Shown in pieces: positions 63,194-64,000 of a DNA stretch of 64,000 nucleotides. The DNA comes from Geosiphon pyriformis uo1. Its lineage: Eukaryota; Fungi; Glomeromycota. Each line of letters opens with the position of its first letter. The stretch's first letter is position 1. The position numbers were made by a program, and so were the translations under genes. The stretch is from the NCBI GenBank assembly GCA_016748015.1, contig JAAOMT010000233.1:65422-129421 (forward strand), read 5' to 3'. Below the pieces are notes generated by a model that saw only the letters and a list, made by a program, of their open reading frames with translations, was not told the origin of the DNA and did no database searches.

Positions 63194-64000
63194 TATTACT
63201 TATAAAGAAATTAAATAAAAAAAAATAGTAAGAAAACAGATAGACCAATAAGAAAATAGTAATTAGTACATAAGCATATTGCTTAGCAATATAGAGCAAT
63301 ATTAGAAATTATGGCATATTGTTCAGCAATATGAAGCAATGTTAAAAAGTTAGGACACATTACTTAACAATGTGAGCATTGCTCAAGAAATTATAGCACA
63401 TTGCTTAGGAATGTGAGTGATTTCATAGAATTTAAATTATGTATATATAGCAAGAGCATTAAAAGCAGAAAAGACAGAATAATTACCAAGACTTTTCTAT
63501 TATCACATCTATATTAGAATTATCAATATTAATAAATAATTATTCACTATTTAAATTACTTTTCCCATTATTAACACTTCATGTTAATAGTATTAAATAC
63601 TTGATCACACTAGAACAATAGCTTTTAATCATGGCTATTAATGAGATATTAACTTTATTGCTTTGGTTTATATTTTATTTTTTTAATTTTCTTTTGTATT
63701 TTATTTCTTTTGTTGTTTACTGATTAATTAAAAATTAAGCACTGAGTTATTGACATCATGGATGGCCTAGTAAAAAACCCAAATAAAAGGGTACAGAATG
63801 AGAATTTGGATAGCTTACTAGAAAAACATGACTGACAAAATAAACTGGCCACCAAGTTAAAGAAAAAAATTGGGAAACCCATTATAAAAAAATTGCACAC
63901 CATTGAATCTCTGTTTATTATACAAAGAATTCAAACAAAAAAAAACCTTCAGATTGTAAAATTTTCAGATTGTAAAATTTTTAGATTGTAAAACTTTTAA
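63194..64000 (+). repeat. 3' LTR of gypsy-2 (partial), with ~41-bp x4 and 16-bp x3 internal tandem repeats
   Basis: Starts TATTACTTATAAA versus solo LTR TGTTACTTATAAA; shares TATGTATATATAGCAA; AGATTGTAAAATTTT x3 at ~63951-63998. Confidence 0.85.

Larger units (their letters stand above)
54961..64000 (+). mobile_element. Ty3/gypsy LTR retrotransposon (gypsy-2), heavily decayed; 5' LTR truncated, 3' LTR cut by the window edge
   Basis: LTR remnant, PBS, gag (~55100-56810), protease (~57385-57755), Cys-rich region, dUTPase, RT-RNase H, integrase, PPT and LTR, collinear with gypsy-1. Confidence 0.93.

Noticed and set aside
63270-63420. Regularly spaced palindromic repeats resembling a CRISPR array
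   Set aside because: The intervening sequences resemble each other (whole-unit tandem repeat), the array lies inside a eukaryotic LTR, and there are no cas genes.
1-64000. Alternative genetic code explaining the many in-frame stops
   Set aside because: ERG6 translates cleanly with the standard code, and the stops mostly vary between TE copies and match C>T/G>A decay.

Overview
Eukaryotic, very AT-rich, transposon-dense genomic window with one scaffold gap (N 42563-43167). Repeat families and gene style suggest a Glomeromycotina/Mucoromycota fungus, possibly Geosiphon-like (inference from recall, not tested). Two intact host genes are visible. One is a 6-exon sterol 24-C-methyltransferase (ERG6/SMT1, 45256-46784). 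The other is an SRP (7SL) RNA gene (about 52628-52927), read from its secondary structure. The rest is decayed mobile DNA: two Ty3/gypsy LTR retrotransposons (1-9318 minus; 54961->64000 plus), a solo LTR, four near full-length LINEs (ORF1 plus APE-RT-RNase H ORF2), three LINE 3' fragments, a MULE transposase relic, and a 2.2 kb ORF1-only element ending in the same 3' tail as the LINEs (candidate non-autonomous partner). Both gypsy elements share an unusual layout: extended Gag, protease, an unknown Cys-rich domain, dUTPase, RT-RNase H, an aligned stop followed by an ATG before integrase, and an unknown ~240 aa in-frame region running to the PPT. Retroelements show strong C>T/G>A decay and CpG loss, while the ERG6 and SRP/MULE regions keep their CpGs. 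Coordinates of decayed elements are approximate and all alignments were done by eye.
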